Positions 46,923-56,993 of a stretch of 64,000 nt of DNA are shown here, piece by piece; positions within the stretch are counted from its first letter, which is position 1, and each line of letters opens with the position of its first letter. The notes beneath the pieces are model-generated. The model had not been told where the DNA came from. It made no database searches and was given only the letters and a program-made list of their open reading frames with translations. Both the position numbers and the translations under genes were made by a program. Location of the stretch: contig CAZBFG010000001.1 of NCBI GenBank assembly GCA_964491155.1, positions 4,604 through 68,603 of the forward strand, given 5' to 3'. Origin of the DNA: an uncultured Bdellovibrionales bacterium. GTDB lineage: Bacteria > Patescibacteriota > Minisyncoccia > Moranbacterales > UBA1568.

Positions 46923-47825
46923 TCATTTTCCAGACATCTTCATCTTGTACCGAGACACGAGCAAAGCCGAGGCGATATAGATGGACGAGTACGTTCCAAA
47001 AACAACACCCGAGAGCAATGCGACACCGAAATACTTGATGCTCTCTCCACCAAACAATACGATAGCGATAAGGGTGATAATAACCGTCATCGACGTGTTG
47101 ATCGAACGTCCCATGGTTTCATTGAGCGAGCGGTTCACGATATTTTCAAAATCTTCTTTGTGACTGCTGCGCATCAGATTCTCACGCACCCGATCATACA
47201 CCACGATGGTATCATTGACCGAATACCCGAGAATCGTGAGGAGTGCTGCCACAAAAGGAATACCCACCTCAACATCATAATACTCTCCGAGGATTGCAAA
47301 CAACCCCACAACGATAATGATGTCATGAGCGAGCGCAATAATAGCCCCCAGACCATACTCCCATGACGTCACCACGCCCGAAACACGTCGAAAGGCCCAG
47401 GCAATATAGAGCGCGATACCAACGAGAGAGAGGGCTGTCCCGGTAAAAGCATTGCGTTTAATTTGTTCAGAAACAGATCCCCCGATAAAATCCGTACGTA
47501 GCTGTTTCACCTCCGGATCAAGAGCCACCAATTTTTCCAGTACCAGATCATTGGCTGCCTCATCGGACGCCAGATAGCGGAGCAGCATGCCATTATTTTC
47601 AGTCGGCTGTAGGGTCAAACTCTGAAGCGATAGTTCTGACAAGCTGGCCTCCACTTCCTGCACCTGCGGCACAGGATCTTTCACAAACTGTACCTCCATG
47701 AGCGTCCCGCCTTTGAAATCAATACCCAGTCTCAATCCAAAAAGAACGATACAGACGACGCTGGCCACGGTCAAAACAGTCGACAGGGCGTAGGCGTATT
47801 TTCTTTTTTGAATAATCTTGAGCAT
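46923..47825 (-). CDS. secF: Protein-export membrane protein SecF
   Basis: 6 TM helices; SecD/SecF GG motif region; lies immediately downstream of secD. Confidence 0.85.
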   Translation of the reverse strand: MLKIIQKRKYAYALSTVLTVASVVCIVLFGLRLGIDFKGGTLMEVQFVKDPVPQVQEVEASLSELSLQSLTLQPTENNGMLLRYLASDEAANDLVLEKLVALDPEVKQLRTDFIGGSVSEQIKRNAFTGTALSLVGIALYIAWAFRRVSGVVTSWEYGLGAIIALAHDIIIVVGLFAILGEYYDVEVGIPFVAALLTILGYSVNDTIVVYDRVRENLMRSSHKEDFENIVNRSLNETMGRSINTSMTVIITLIAIVLFGGESIKYFGVALLSGVVFGTYSSIYIASALLVSRYKMKMSGK

Positions 47826-47859
47826 ACTGTACAGTCAACAATCAGCAATTAACAATCTA

Positions 47860-49551
47860 CTATTCTTCCAGCTTCTTCTTGGGTGATACCAACAGCTTTG
47901 GGTGACGTTCCATCCAGTCTCCGGCCAAATACGTCGTCGTGATGCGCACCAGTACCACCGCAGTAAACAATGAGAGGAGGACACCAAGCGCCAAGATGAC
48001 CGCAAACCCCTTCACGAATCCTGTTCCTAGACCGATAAGTATGACTGTGGTGATCAGTGTCGAAACATGACCGTCCCGAATACTTGGCCAAGCCCGCCTG
48101 TAGCCTTCCTTGATAGAGCGGATGACCCCTTTGCCATAGGACAACTCTTCTCGTGTGCGTTCAAAGATAAGCACGTTGGCATCAACCGCGATACCAATCG
48201 AAAGGATAAAGCCTGCGATACCCGAGAGTGTGACCGTGATAGCAAACGGGGTAAACACCGAAAGCTTGAAAATCGTCAAAAGCATCGCTGTATAAAGAAG
48301 CAACGCAAACACGGCTACGAGTCCCAACAACCGATAGTAGAAAATCATAAACACCGCGACCGCCGCCAAACCAACAATTCCCGCAAACAAACTCTGCTTT
48401 AGTGCCACTTCTCCGAGAGAAGCATCGACACTCTGCTGACCGACCAGCGTGATCGGTACTGGGAGTGCTCCCTCATTCAAACGCTTCACCAGGTTATTGG
48501 CCTCCTGCATGGTAAAGTCTCCTGTGATAACAGCCTGCCCGTTCGGTATCTCATTTTGCACCGTTGGCTGACTGATGATTTCGTCATCGAGGAAGATAGC
48601 CACCGGCTTACCGATATTGCGTTTGGTTATTTCCGAAAAAAGAGTCGTCCCCTCATCGTCAAATTGCAGTGCGATCTGCGGCGACCCGACACCCTGCGTC
48701 TGATAGTCCACATAGGCGTTTTTCAAGTGTTTGCCAGAAAGTCCCGTTGCCTTGTAAGCAAGCTTGGGGAAATCCTGGGCGGCGTACTTACGAAACAGCA
48801 CATGCGCCACTTTGACTTCACGCTCATCACCCTCACCGCGCTCATCGAGTTTTTTCATGATATGCCACCCAAAATCCGTTTCTACTAGAGCAGGATGCAC
48901 GCTCCCTTTGGAAAAATTCGGATCAAATGTCACGGCATCAAACTCACCAACGTAATATCCCTTCTTGGCAAAATCATACTCCCCACCATTGTCTTTGGAT
49001 CCCGGGTCTTCACTGAATTGTGTTGCCAGGACAGCAAATTCTTCTCCTTCTTTGGCGCGCGCCAAAATACTTTCTGCCTTGCCACGGTTGGAATCATTCA
49101 GTTGATCGAGCTGTCCCTGCTCTTCCGGAGTGATGTTGCCATCTGAAGATTCACGAAATTCCAAAAACGGCGTTTCTTTGATCATCTTTTTCGCCTGATC
49201 AATATCCTTGATCCCCGGGAGCTCTACGATGATACGGTGTTCCGTACCCGAGCGAGACAGCTGCACGAGCGGCTCTCCCACACCAAAGGCATTGACGCGT
49301 CGTTCGATGACCGCTTCCGCTGCCACGAGCGCATCACTCACCTTTTCACTCTCAATTTGCGACACATCAGCCTTGTACTCGAGGTGGATACCGCCCTGCA
49401 AATCCAGTCCTTTGTTCACCTGCATGGCATCGAACACGTCAAAAACCGGCGGGATAAATTTCACCGCCTGCGGGTACGAAATAACTCCACAGACCAAGCC
49501 AAGAAGGAGTACCGCTATGAATTGATATCGGATTTTTGCCTGTTGTTTCAT
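47860..49551 (-). CDS. secD: Protein-export membrane protein SecD
   Basis: N-terminal TM helix, a large periplasmic domain (LDLQGGIHLEY) and a C-terminal 5-TM bundle. Confidence 0.85.
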   Translation of the reverse strand: MKQQAKIRYQFIAVLLLGLVCGVISYPQAVKFIPPVFDVFDAMQVNKGLDLQGGIHLEYKADVSQIESEKVSDALVAAEAVIERRVNAFGVGEPLVQLSRSGTEHRIIVELPGIKDIDQAKKMIKETPFLEFRESSDGNITPEEQGQLDQLNDSNRGKAESILARAKEGEEFAVLATQFSEDPGSKDNGGEYDFAKKGYYVGEFDAVTFDPNFSKGSVHPALVETDFGWHIMKKLDERGEGDEREVKVAHVLFRKYAAQDFPKLAYKATGLSGKHLKNAYVDYQTQGVGSPQIALQFDDEGTTLFSEITKRNIGKPVAIFLDDEIISQPTVQNEIPNGQAVITGDFTMQEANNLVKRLNEGALPVPITLVGQQSVDASLGEVALKQSLFAGIVGLAAVAVFMIFYYRLLGLVAVFALLLYTAMLLTIFKLSVFTPFAITVTLSGIAGFILSIGIAVDANVLIFERTREELSYGKGVIRSIKEGYRRAWPSIRDGHVSTLITTVILIGLGTGFVKGFAVILALGVLLSLFTAVVLVRITTTYLAGDWMERHPKLLVSPKKKLEE

Positions 49552-49657
49552 GTTCTCGAGTATACCCGAAAGTCAAAATCCAGGCAACTGCAAGCCTTTT
49601 TTGAGATATTTTTTGCCTTTCTACTTTCCGTGTTTTTCTTCCAAACGTTTCAAGACG

Positions 49658-50449
49658 CTATTTTTTCGATATGTCCACATTTCGCACATAGACCGTATTG
49701 TCAGTAGCGATATCCGAATGACGATACTGACCAATTTTCACATAATGTTGATACCCGTTCAACATATTGGCTCCGGTCGCCACAAATATCGGTTCATCCA
49801 ATCCATTTAGGTACACTACTGCTTTACCGGTATCTGATTGCGACCACGTGATATCAATAGTAATCGTGTTCCAGACATTTTTCTTGAGAGGGATGGTCCC
49901 AATGGGAGTATATGCCGTCCCATACGTAAAACTGAGGATATCGTCCTTCCCGTCGTTCCCATACCCAAACAATACAGGTGGACTCTGTGACTCATGACCG
50001 TCCCACGTTTCTCCCTTGCTGATATCTGGTTGATCGTGCCACTGACCTATTACCCACCAACGATTGAGAGGGAAATCTGACGGAAATACTTCAGGTAATT
50101 TGAATTGCCAAGAATAGCGAAGGGTTTCTCCCTCATTGTATGGATAATCAATCGATATTTCTGCCCGTACTCTATCTCGCAGTTTTTTATTCTCCTGAAA
50201 AAGATTGAGGGCGAGCGAATCACCTTCTGTCTCGTGTACGATATCCACGCCTTCCATCTGAGCGATCTCGATATGTGCATATTCTATAAGCGCCTCCGAA
50301 AGAGCTGCCCGCAGATATTGCTCTTCTAGCTGCCTCGTAGCATCATCCACGGGTGAGTCGGTAGAAAGAGTGGTATTTCTCGTACCAAGATATGTGATAC
50401 CTCCCAAAAAAACTATCACCAAAAGAAAAATAATCAAATATTTTTTCAT
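49658..50449 (-). CDS. Secreted concanavalin-A-like (polysaccharide-lyase or glycanase-like) protein
   Basis: Signal anchor MKKYLIIFLLVIVFLGG; a beta-rich ~230 aa region with aromatic/Q/H/Y motifs (QWHDQP, HYVKIGQYRH) reminiscent of PL7 and heparin-lyase-I jelly-rolls; the assignment is tentative. Confidence 0.4.
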   Translation of the reverse strand: MKKYLIIFLLVIVFLGGITYLGTRNTTLSTDSPVDDATRQLEEQYLRAALSEALIEYAHIEIAQMEGVDIVHETEGDSLALNLFQENKKLRDRVRAEISIDYPYNEGETLRYSWQFKLPEVFPSDFPLNRWWVIGQWHDQPDISKGETWDGHESQSPPVLFGYGNDGKDDILSFTYGTAYTPIGTIPLKKNVWNTITIDITWSQSDTGKAVVYLNGLDEPIFVATGANMLNGYQHYVKIGQYRHSDIATDNTVYVRNVDISKK

Positions 50450-50509
50450 ATTTGTTCTTACATATTTCTTTCAGGATATCACACTTCTTTTCAGTAGACT
50501 CTAGGGAAT

Positions 50510-52225
50510 CTACTTTCCATGTTTTTCTTCCAAACGCTTCAAGACGCGAGTCACTTTCGAGAGTGCTTCTTTTTCATAGGTCGCATAGTCGGCCACTACG
50601 GACAGCTGGCCATCTTCCAAGAGATAACTCTGTGTCAATTGCAGACGTTCGAGAAACAAGCGATCATGGGTCACCAACAAAATCGTACCGGGGTAGAGAG
50701 CGAGCGACTCCTCTAGCGCCTCAATGGCTTCAAGGTCGAGATGATTGGTCGGTTCATCGAGAACCAAGACATTGGCGTGCAGCATCGAGAGGAGAGCGAG
50801 GATGAGTCGCACGCGTTCGCCCGGACTCAGGTATTTGATCTTGTCATCGAGCACATCCGGTGAAAACTGAAACTCGGTGAGCTGCAGTGCTACCTCGTAA
50901 GCATCGAAATTCATCAGACGTTTTTTGAACAACTCACGCGGTGTCAGCGCCTGAGAAATATTTTCGTGTTCCTGCATCAAGTATCCAAAAACAATCTGCT
51001 TCCCACAGACGAGCTCTCCTTCCAATGGCGGAAGCGTCCCGGTGATGGTCTGGAGCAGGGTCGATTTGCCCACGCCGTTGTTGCCCAAGATAGCAATACG
51101 CGCCCCGAGCGGAATCTCAAGGTCGATAGGTCCACCCTGAAATGGCTTGGTTCCACCCTTTTTTTCAGCATACCCAAACACCAATTTTTTCAAAAAGATG
51201 CTACTGTCTTCATTTTTTTCCGTCGTCAGAACAATATCAAGCGGTGGTCGCTCCAGTGGTCGTTCGACGCCATCTAGGCGCTTCTCGCGACCCTGCAGAG
51301 CCGTAGCCGCGCCATCAAACTTGCGGATAGCGCGCTCTTTCTTGAAGTTGGCCGTTAGTTTGTCATGATCTGGCGTTTTTCGTTCCTTCACTCGCACCAC
51401 CCATTCTTTCTTTTCATCAATAGACTCAAACAAACGCTCACGCTCGGCCTCTTGCATGCGATACTGTTCTTTATGTTTTCGAAACGCATGTGCCTTCATT
51501 TCGGCAAATTCACTCCAACCACCGGTGTACATAACGGCTTCGCGCTTGAACCAATCAATCTCCACTACTTTCTTCACCACATGATCGAGAAAGCGCCGGT
51601 CATGAGACGCGATGAGACACGTCGCTTTGGAACGACGCAAATAATTCTCGAGCCAGAGGAGAGCCGGCAGGTCGAGGTTGTTGGTCGGCTCATCAAGGAG
51701 CAAGATATCGACACCACGGAGCAATACTCCGGCCAATGCCGCCTTGCGTTTCTCACCGCCAGACAGTTCCGAGAGCGGACGCCTCAGTCCAACATGCGAA
51801 AGAAACAATCCTTCCAAAATACTTTTTGCCTTCCGTTCAAAGTCATAGCCGCCCAAACGTTCGTAGTCATGCTGCACCAACTCGAACTGTGCGAGTATCG
51901 CCTCTTCATCCAAATTTTTTTCCAAACGCTTCATTTCTTTTTCCAGTTCCGCCAAGCCCGCCATGCGCCGCAAGTATTCAATCAGCGTTTCATCCGGCAG
52001 CGCTCCCACTTCCTGTGGCAGATAACCAACCAGACAGCGGTTCGGCACAGTGCGCTCCCCTTTTTCAAATGTTTCCAGTCCGGCAGCAATCTTGAGGAGC
52101 GTCGACTTGCCGACACCGTTTTGTCCGACCAACGCTACTTTCTGTCCCTCGCCCAACGAAAAAGAGACCTTTTCGAGGACGCGGTGAATACCATAAATTT
52201 TCCGAATGTTTTTGAGAACGAGCAT
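50510..52225 (-). CDS. ABC-F family ATPase (tandem ABC domains with a linker; Uup/EttA-like)
   Basis: Two sets of Walker A (GQNGVGKST / GNNGVGKST), LSGGE signature and Walker B motifs; no TM helix. Confidence 0.85.
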   Translation of the reverse strand: MLVLKNIRKIYGIHRVLEKVSFSLGEGQKVALVGQNGVGKSTLLKIAAGLETFEKGERTVPNRCLVGYLPQEVGALPDETLIEYLRRMAGLAELEKEMKRLEKNLDEEAILAQFELVQHDYERLGGYDFERKAKSILEGLFLSHVGLRRPLSELSGGEKRKAALAGVLLRGVDILLLDEPTNNLDLPALLWLENYLRRSKATCLIASHDRRFLDHVVKKVVEIDWFKREAVMYTGGWSEFAEMKAHAFRKHKEQYRMQEAERERLFESIDEKKEWVVRVKERKTPDHDKLTANFKKERAIRKFDGAATALQGREKRLDGVERPLERPPLDIVLTTEKNEDSSIFLKKLVFGYAEKKGGTKPFQGGPIDLEIPLGARIAILGNNGVGKSTLLQTITGTLPPLEGELVCGKQIVFGYLMQEHENISQALTPRELFKKRLMNFDAYEVALQLTEFQFSPDVLDDKIKYLSPGERVRLILALLSMLHANVLVLDEPTNHLDLEAIEALEESLALYPGTILLVTHDRLFLERLQLTQSYLLEDGQLSVVADYATYEKEALSKVTRVLKRLEEKHGK

Positions 52226-52394
52226 TTGAGTAGCTTCCTAGCTGCTTAGCTTTTAGCTTCTTAGTTCTTAGAAGCCGGACTTCTAAGTAATATACGACTT
52301 CACGAACAGATGATTTACTATACAGTAAATCCTGAAAAAAGCAAGAGTTGGTGCATAAAAATACCTATTTCAAGCCATAATTTCCTAAAAAGTA

Positions 52395-52423
52395 TTGACA
52401 GGAATAGTTTTTAGGTGTATAAT
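52395..52423 (+). promoter_or_regulatory. Consensus sigma70 promoter TTGACA-17-TATAAT
   Basis: ttgaca at 52395-52400, a 17-nt spacer, and tataat at 52418-52423, about 70 nt upstream of the 52496 start. Confidence 0.65.
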
Positions 52424-52495
52424 GTTTGGTTGGTGTTTGAGCTTACCTTATAAGATTCAACCCGACAAACTCGTCCTCAACAACTGGAGAAGAAA

Positions 52496-52885
52496 TTGAA
52501 CGAACTACAAGTCGGTCGAAAAATAGCAGATGCTCTCGTCAATCTGTTCGCCCAGCTCGTGGTGGATAGACTTAACAACAATCGCAGACCGGAGGATGGT
52601 TTCTACTCGTTTGTTCCTGACGGGTGCAACCGCTTCGAAATTCTGCTCTCGGCGCCCGGTCTCGGCACGACTCTGAAATCGCAGGTACTGGTGATCATTG
52701 CACTTCCTATCCACCCAGTTCAGCGCCGAGTCATAGGGGTGTTTGTCGACCCTTCGGCTAACACTTTTTTGACAATCAACGAAGTGGATAGATACAAGCT
52801 GATTGTCCGTGAGGCTCTCAAGCAATTCTTCCTGCACTTCAATTTCACAGAAGTACGATTCGGCGACGAACTCATCGGACCGTAA
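52496..52885 (+). CDS. Hypothetical protein (129 aa), starting at TTG
   Basis: A GGAG ribosome-binding site lies 7 nt before TTG; it has its own promoter and terminator; no recognisable domain. Confidence 0.45.
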   Translation: MNELQVGRKIADALVNLFAQLVVDRLNNNRRPEDGFYSFVPDGCNRFEILLSAPGLGTTLKSQVLVIIALPIHPVQRRVIGVFVDPSANTFLTINEVDRYKLIVREALKQFFLHFNFTEVRFGDELIGP

Positions 52886-52917
52886 ACCGAACCACGACGG
52901 TCACGCCGTCACCAAGA

Positions 52918-52972
52918 AGAAAGCCGCACACCGAGGACTCCTCACCGTGCGGCTTTTGAATTTTACTAAACC
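52918..52972 (+). terminator. Intrinsic terminator (bidirectional-looking)
   Basis: aagccgcac-accgaggactcctcacc-gtgcggctt is followed by ttgaatttt. Confidence 0.65.
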
Positions 52973-52979
52973 CTAATTG

Positions 52980-53495
52980 CTAATCGCTAACCCCTGCCCG
53001 GAGATACTCCTCCATCTCACGGAGCACACGCTTGGCGTTGTCAAAGGTGACGCGCTCGAGTGCCGCATCGTACTTCTCCCATATATGTCCCTGGTGTTCA
53101 TGCGAAATCGTCACGGCTTCGGTTGTGGTCTCCGCAGGATAAAAGTGCACTTCCTTGAAAATCCAAATGCCCTGCGCCTTGCCACGCCGTTTGGCACGCT
53201 CTGTTCCCTTGGCCACATAGAAATAGCGGATACTGACCCGATGAGGAAAGACCTGCAAATCCTTGATGCCGGATTCTTCTTCGGTCTCACGTCTGAGTGT
53301 CATTTCCTCGGTTTCACCCTTTTCGACATGTCCCTTGGCAAAATCATAGTGTCCACTGGGATAATGAAGCAACAAATACAGTCGCTCACCGTCCACTCGG
53401 CGAAATACCACTGCTCCCACCGATGTTTCCCATATCACTGGAAAGCTAAAAAATCGAAGAAAAAAATAAAGCCACTTGGAAACTGGTATTTTCAT
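52980..53495 (-). CDS. NUDIX hydrolase
   Basis: Nudix box GHVEKGETEEMTLRRETEEESGI. Confidence 0.8.
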   Translation of the reverse strand: MKIPVSKWLYFFLRFFSFPVIWETSVGAVVFRRVDGERLYLLLHYPSGHYDFAKGHVEKGETEEMTLRRETEEESGIKDLQVFPHRVSIRYFYVAKGTERAKRRGKAQGIWIFKEVHFYPAETTTEAVTISHEHQGHIWEKYDAALERVTFDNAKRVLREMEEYLRAGVSD

Positions 53496-53594
53496 AAATT
53501 TGCGCTTGATTGACAGATACCTCTAATACTTCTACTGTAACATAATACCCTATTTTCCGTCTAAGTATCTATAGTCCCTTAAGAGCTCTCGGCC

Positions 53595-55718
53595 ATGTAT
53601 TTTTTTTCCCGCTACAAACTCAAAAACCCTATTCTGACCTTGTTGTCTGAGATTATTTTTTTCTCATGCCTCGTCGTGCTCGGAGTCATCATCGGCCTCT
53701 TTCTCATCTATTACTACGCCACTCCTAGTATCGACCATATTCGTAACTACCAGTGGAAGCTGCCCTCTATCATCTACGATCGCACGGGCGCAGTCGAACT
53801 GTACCGTCTATACGACGAAGAAAACCGTATCGTTATCTCGCACGACGCCATCCCGGAATCTATTCGTCTCGCCACTATTGCCTCCGAAGATCAAAACTTT
53901 TATACCCACCACGGTGTCGATCCTCTCTCGATTTTGCGCGCGCTGCGTGCCAATCTCTCCAGCGGTCGCATCGAACAAGGTGGATCCACTATCACCCAGC
54001 AGCTGGCGCGCGCCCTCTTCCTCACCAATGAACGTACTTTGGAACGCAAAGTCCGTGAAGCGCTCCTCGCCATCAAAATCGATCGAGCCCTCGAAAAAGA
54101 CGAAATCCTGGATCTTTACTTGAATACCGTCCCCTACGGAGCCAATGCCTATGGTATCGAATCCGCTGCTCATCTCTTTTTTGATAAAAAAGCGCTCGAC
54201 CTGACGATCGACGAAAGTGCCCTGCTCGCCGCTCTCCCCAACGCCCCGACATTTTTCTCGCCCTACAAAAACAACCTCGACGAACTGAAAAATCGCCAGG
54301 AACATATCCTGCTCCGCATGTACACCCTGGGCTACATATCCCGCAGTGAGTACAATGAGGCCATCGCCACTGAGACCCTGGCTCGTATCCTGCCTCGCAG
54401 TGACAGCATCATCGCTCCGCACTTTGTGTTTGCTGTCCTAGATGAGCTCAAGGAAAAATATTCCGAAGCCGACCTTCAAACCAAAGGTCTTCACATTGTT
54501 ACGACGCTTGATCTCGACCTCCAAAAAGAAGCTGAGCGTGTCGTCCGTGAAGGCGCTGAAAAAAACAAAACTCGTGGTGCCGAAAATGCCGCTCTCGTTG
54601 CGATTGATGCCAAGAATGGCGACATCCTGGCCATGGTCGGGTCGCGTGATTACTTTGATACCACCATCGATGGCAACGTCAACGTGACGATGGAAAAACG
54701 TCAGCCGGGTTCGGCATTCAAACCCTTTGCCTACGCCACCGCTTTTTCCAAAGGCTTCCAACCGGAAACCCCCATCTACGATACCCTCATCAACTTTGGT
54801 CCGGATGGTTCGGGCAAAAACTATATTCCTCGTAACTACGATGGCAAATTCCATGGTCGTCTAACTATGCGCCAAGCTCTCGCCATGTCACTCAATGTCC
54901 CGGCCGTTCAAACACTCGCGCTCGCTGGTATCGAAGACACCATCAAACTGGCAACGAATATGGGGATCACCACGCTCACTGATCCCAAACGCTACGGCCT
55001 TGCTCTCGTCTTGGGTGGTGCCGAAGTCCGTCCACTCGACATGGCCAACGCTTTTTCGGTATTTGGACAAGAGGGTCGTACCCACGACACCACCGGTATC
55101 GTCAAAGTGCTCGATCGTACTGGACACGAAGTGGTCTTTCATGAAACCAAAGAATCCAAACAGGTTCTCGATCCACAAGTAGCCCGCAAGGTCAACTCAA
55201 TCCTGACTGACAACGCGGCGCGCACTCCTATTTTTGGCCCTCGCAGTCCGCTCGCGTTTCCGGCCGGCACCGTCGTCGCTGGCAAGACTGGTACCACGCA
55301 GAATTTCCGTGATGCCTGGACAGTCGGCTACACGCCCTCTATCGCTGTAGCTGTGTGGGCTGGCAACAATGACAACCGTCCCATGCATGCCGGTGCCGAT
55401 GGCATCTTTGTCGCTGCTCCCATCTGGCGCGCCTTTATCGATCAGGCGCTCAAAAAATATCCTGTAACCGGCTTTACTGCCTACACACCGACTGTCAGCA
55501 CCCAGGCCATCGCCCGGCCGGAATCTCTCCCCACCAAAACTATTTATATCGATAAAAAAACCGGACGCGAAATCCCGGAAAGCAAGGCCAAGAAAATGAA
55601 AAAGGGTCGTGTTGAAAAAATTTCCACTGGTGATATCAACATTTCGCCCGAAAGCCTCGACGGCACCGTCCCAATGAATCTCAGTGACTTCCAAAGTTTT
55701 TACGCCCAAAACCCGTAA
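53595..55718 (+). CDS. Class A penicillin-binding protein (PBP1A, transglycosylase plus transpeptidase)
   Basis: N-terminal TM helix; GT51 motifs (EDQNFYTHHGVD, GGSTITQQL); transpeptidase motifs (SxxK region, KTGT). Confidence 0.85.
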   Translation: MYFFSRYKLKNPILTLLSEIIFFSCLVVLGVIIGLFLIYYYATPSIDHIRNYQWKLPSIIYDRTGAVELYRLYDEENRIVISHDAIPESIRLATIASEDQNFYTHHGVDPLSILRALRANLSSGRIEQGGSTITQQLARALFLTNERTLERKVREALLAIKIDRALEKDEILDLYLNTVPYGANAYGIESAAHLFFDKKALDLTIDESALLAALPNAPTFFSPYKNNLDELKNRQEHILLRMYTLGYISRSEYNEAIATETLARILPRSDSIIAPHFVFAVLDELKEKYSEADLQTKGLHIVTTLDLDLQKEAERVVREGAEKNKTRGAENAALVAIDAKNGDILAMVGSRDYFDTTIDGNVNVTMEKRQPGSAFKPFAYATAFSKGFQPETPIYDTLINFGPDGSGKNYIPRNYDGKFHGRLTMRQALAMSLNVPAVQTLALAGIEDTIKLATNMGITTLTDPKRYGLALVLGGAEVRPLDMANAFSVFGQEGRTHDTTGIVKVLDRTGHEVVFHETKESKQVLDPQVARKVNSILTDNAARTPIFGPRSPLAFPAGTVVAGKTGTTQNFRDAWTVGYTPSIAVAVWAGNNDNRPMHAGADGIFVAAPIWRAFIDQALKKYPVTGFTAYTPTVSTQAIARPESLPTKTIYIDKKTGREIPESKAKKMKKGRVEKISTGDINISPESLDGTVPMNLSDFQSFYAQNP

Positions 55719-55736
55719 AAAAGTTTCTTTTTTTCT

Positions 55737-56993
55737 TCAATCCCTACGGAGGGCTTCCATGGGAGTGAGCGAGGCGGCGCGATAGGCGGGCGCCAGACCA
55801 AAGATAATACCGACCGCTGTCGAAAATCCGACACCTAAGAAAAATGACTGCAGTGAAAACGAGAGCGGTAGCGCAAAACCGAGAGAGGCAAACACCAGAC
55901 CTAATCCCCAGGTGAGGAGCATACCAAGGACAATTCCGATGAATCCTCCGAGAAGTGTGATGATCAGTGCCTCAAACAAAAACTGCTGCAGAATACTACG
56001 AGACGTGGCACCCACCGCTTTACGCAGGCCGATTTCCGACGTACGCTCGGACACCGAGACGTACATGACGTTCATAATGCCCACCCCACCAACAACGAGC
56101 GAGATGGAGGTGAGAGCGAGGAGAAGAATCGACAACGACCCCAAAACATCACTGAGGGTTTCTTGCGCTTCTTTGGTGGAAGTCACAGAAAAATCATCCT
56201 TATCAGGATTGTCGATATCATGCCGCTTGCGGAGCAGAGCCACGATATCCGCCACCGTCTCTGTCTCGCGTGTGGTATCCTGCATTTTAACCGAAACAAA
56301 CTGCACATAGTCGACACCAAGCAGCTTCTTTTGCAGCGTTTGAACCGGCACATACGTAAAAACATCCAGATTGAAAAACGCGGCTGCTCCACGAGGAGCC
56401 AGCACTCCGATGACTCGATACTTATCCCCCTTGAGCGTAATCGACTGTCCGACCGCCTCACTCTCCCCAAAAAACGTTTCTTTAATTTCACTTCCCAACA
56501 CCACGACCTGCGCCAAACTATAATCTTCTTCATCAGTAAAAAATCGCCCGCTCTCAATCTTGGCGTTACCATCAACCAGAGCCACTCCCGATCCCGTTCC
56601 AAACAGTGAAATACGTTTACCAATGGATCCATACGTCGCTCGTTCTTGTCCGATAGTTCCAGCATACACCGCTTCCACATTCGGGAGCTTGGCAATCGCT
56701 TCACCGTCTTTGACCGTCAGTGTCGTGATCTGTGTCCCCTGGGCTCGTGACGAAGCATTGTCACTCGACATGGCAGTGGTATTGGGAATCTTGACTTCCA
56801 CCTGAATGAGATCTGTTCCAAAACTCTCCACCTGACCAAGAACAAATCCTTTCACCCCTTCACCGAGCGACGTCACCACTACCACGGCAAAGACCCCAAT
56901 CACCACGCCCAAAAGTGCCAGTGCCGTCCGGGCCTTGTGGGTCCGAATAGTTCGGAAAGCAAACAAGAGTGGAATGAGAGTTTTTTTATTCAT
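55737..56993 (-). CDS. MacB/FtsX-family ABC transporter permease
   Basis: Begins MNKKTLIPLLFAFRTIRTHKARTALALLGVVIG; a periplasmic domain then a C-terminal 3-TM FtsX fold; the start is trimmed to the ATG at 56993. Confidence 0.75.
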   Translation of the reverse strand: MNKKTLIPLLFAFRTIRTHKARTALALLGVVIGVFAVVVVTSLGEGVKGFVLGQVESFGTDLIQVEVKIPNTTAMSSDNASSRAQGTQITTLTVKDGEAIAKLPNVEAVYAGTIGQERATYGSIGKRISLFGTGSGVALVDGNAKIESGRFFTDEEDYSLAQVVVLGSEIKETFFGESEAVGQSITLKGDKYRVIGVLAPRGAAAFFNLDVFTYVPVQTLQKKLLGVDYVQFVSVKMQDTTRETETVADIVALLRKRHDIDNPDKDDFSVTSTKEAQETLSDVLGSLSILLLALTSISLVVGGVGIMNVMYVSVSERTSEIGLRKAVGATSRSILQQFLFEALIITLLGGFIGIVLGMLLTWGLGLVFASLGFALPLSFSLQSFFLGVGFSTAVGIIFGLAPAYRAASLTPMEALRRD

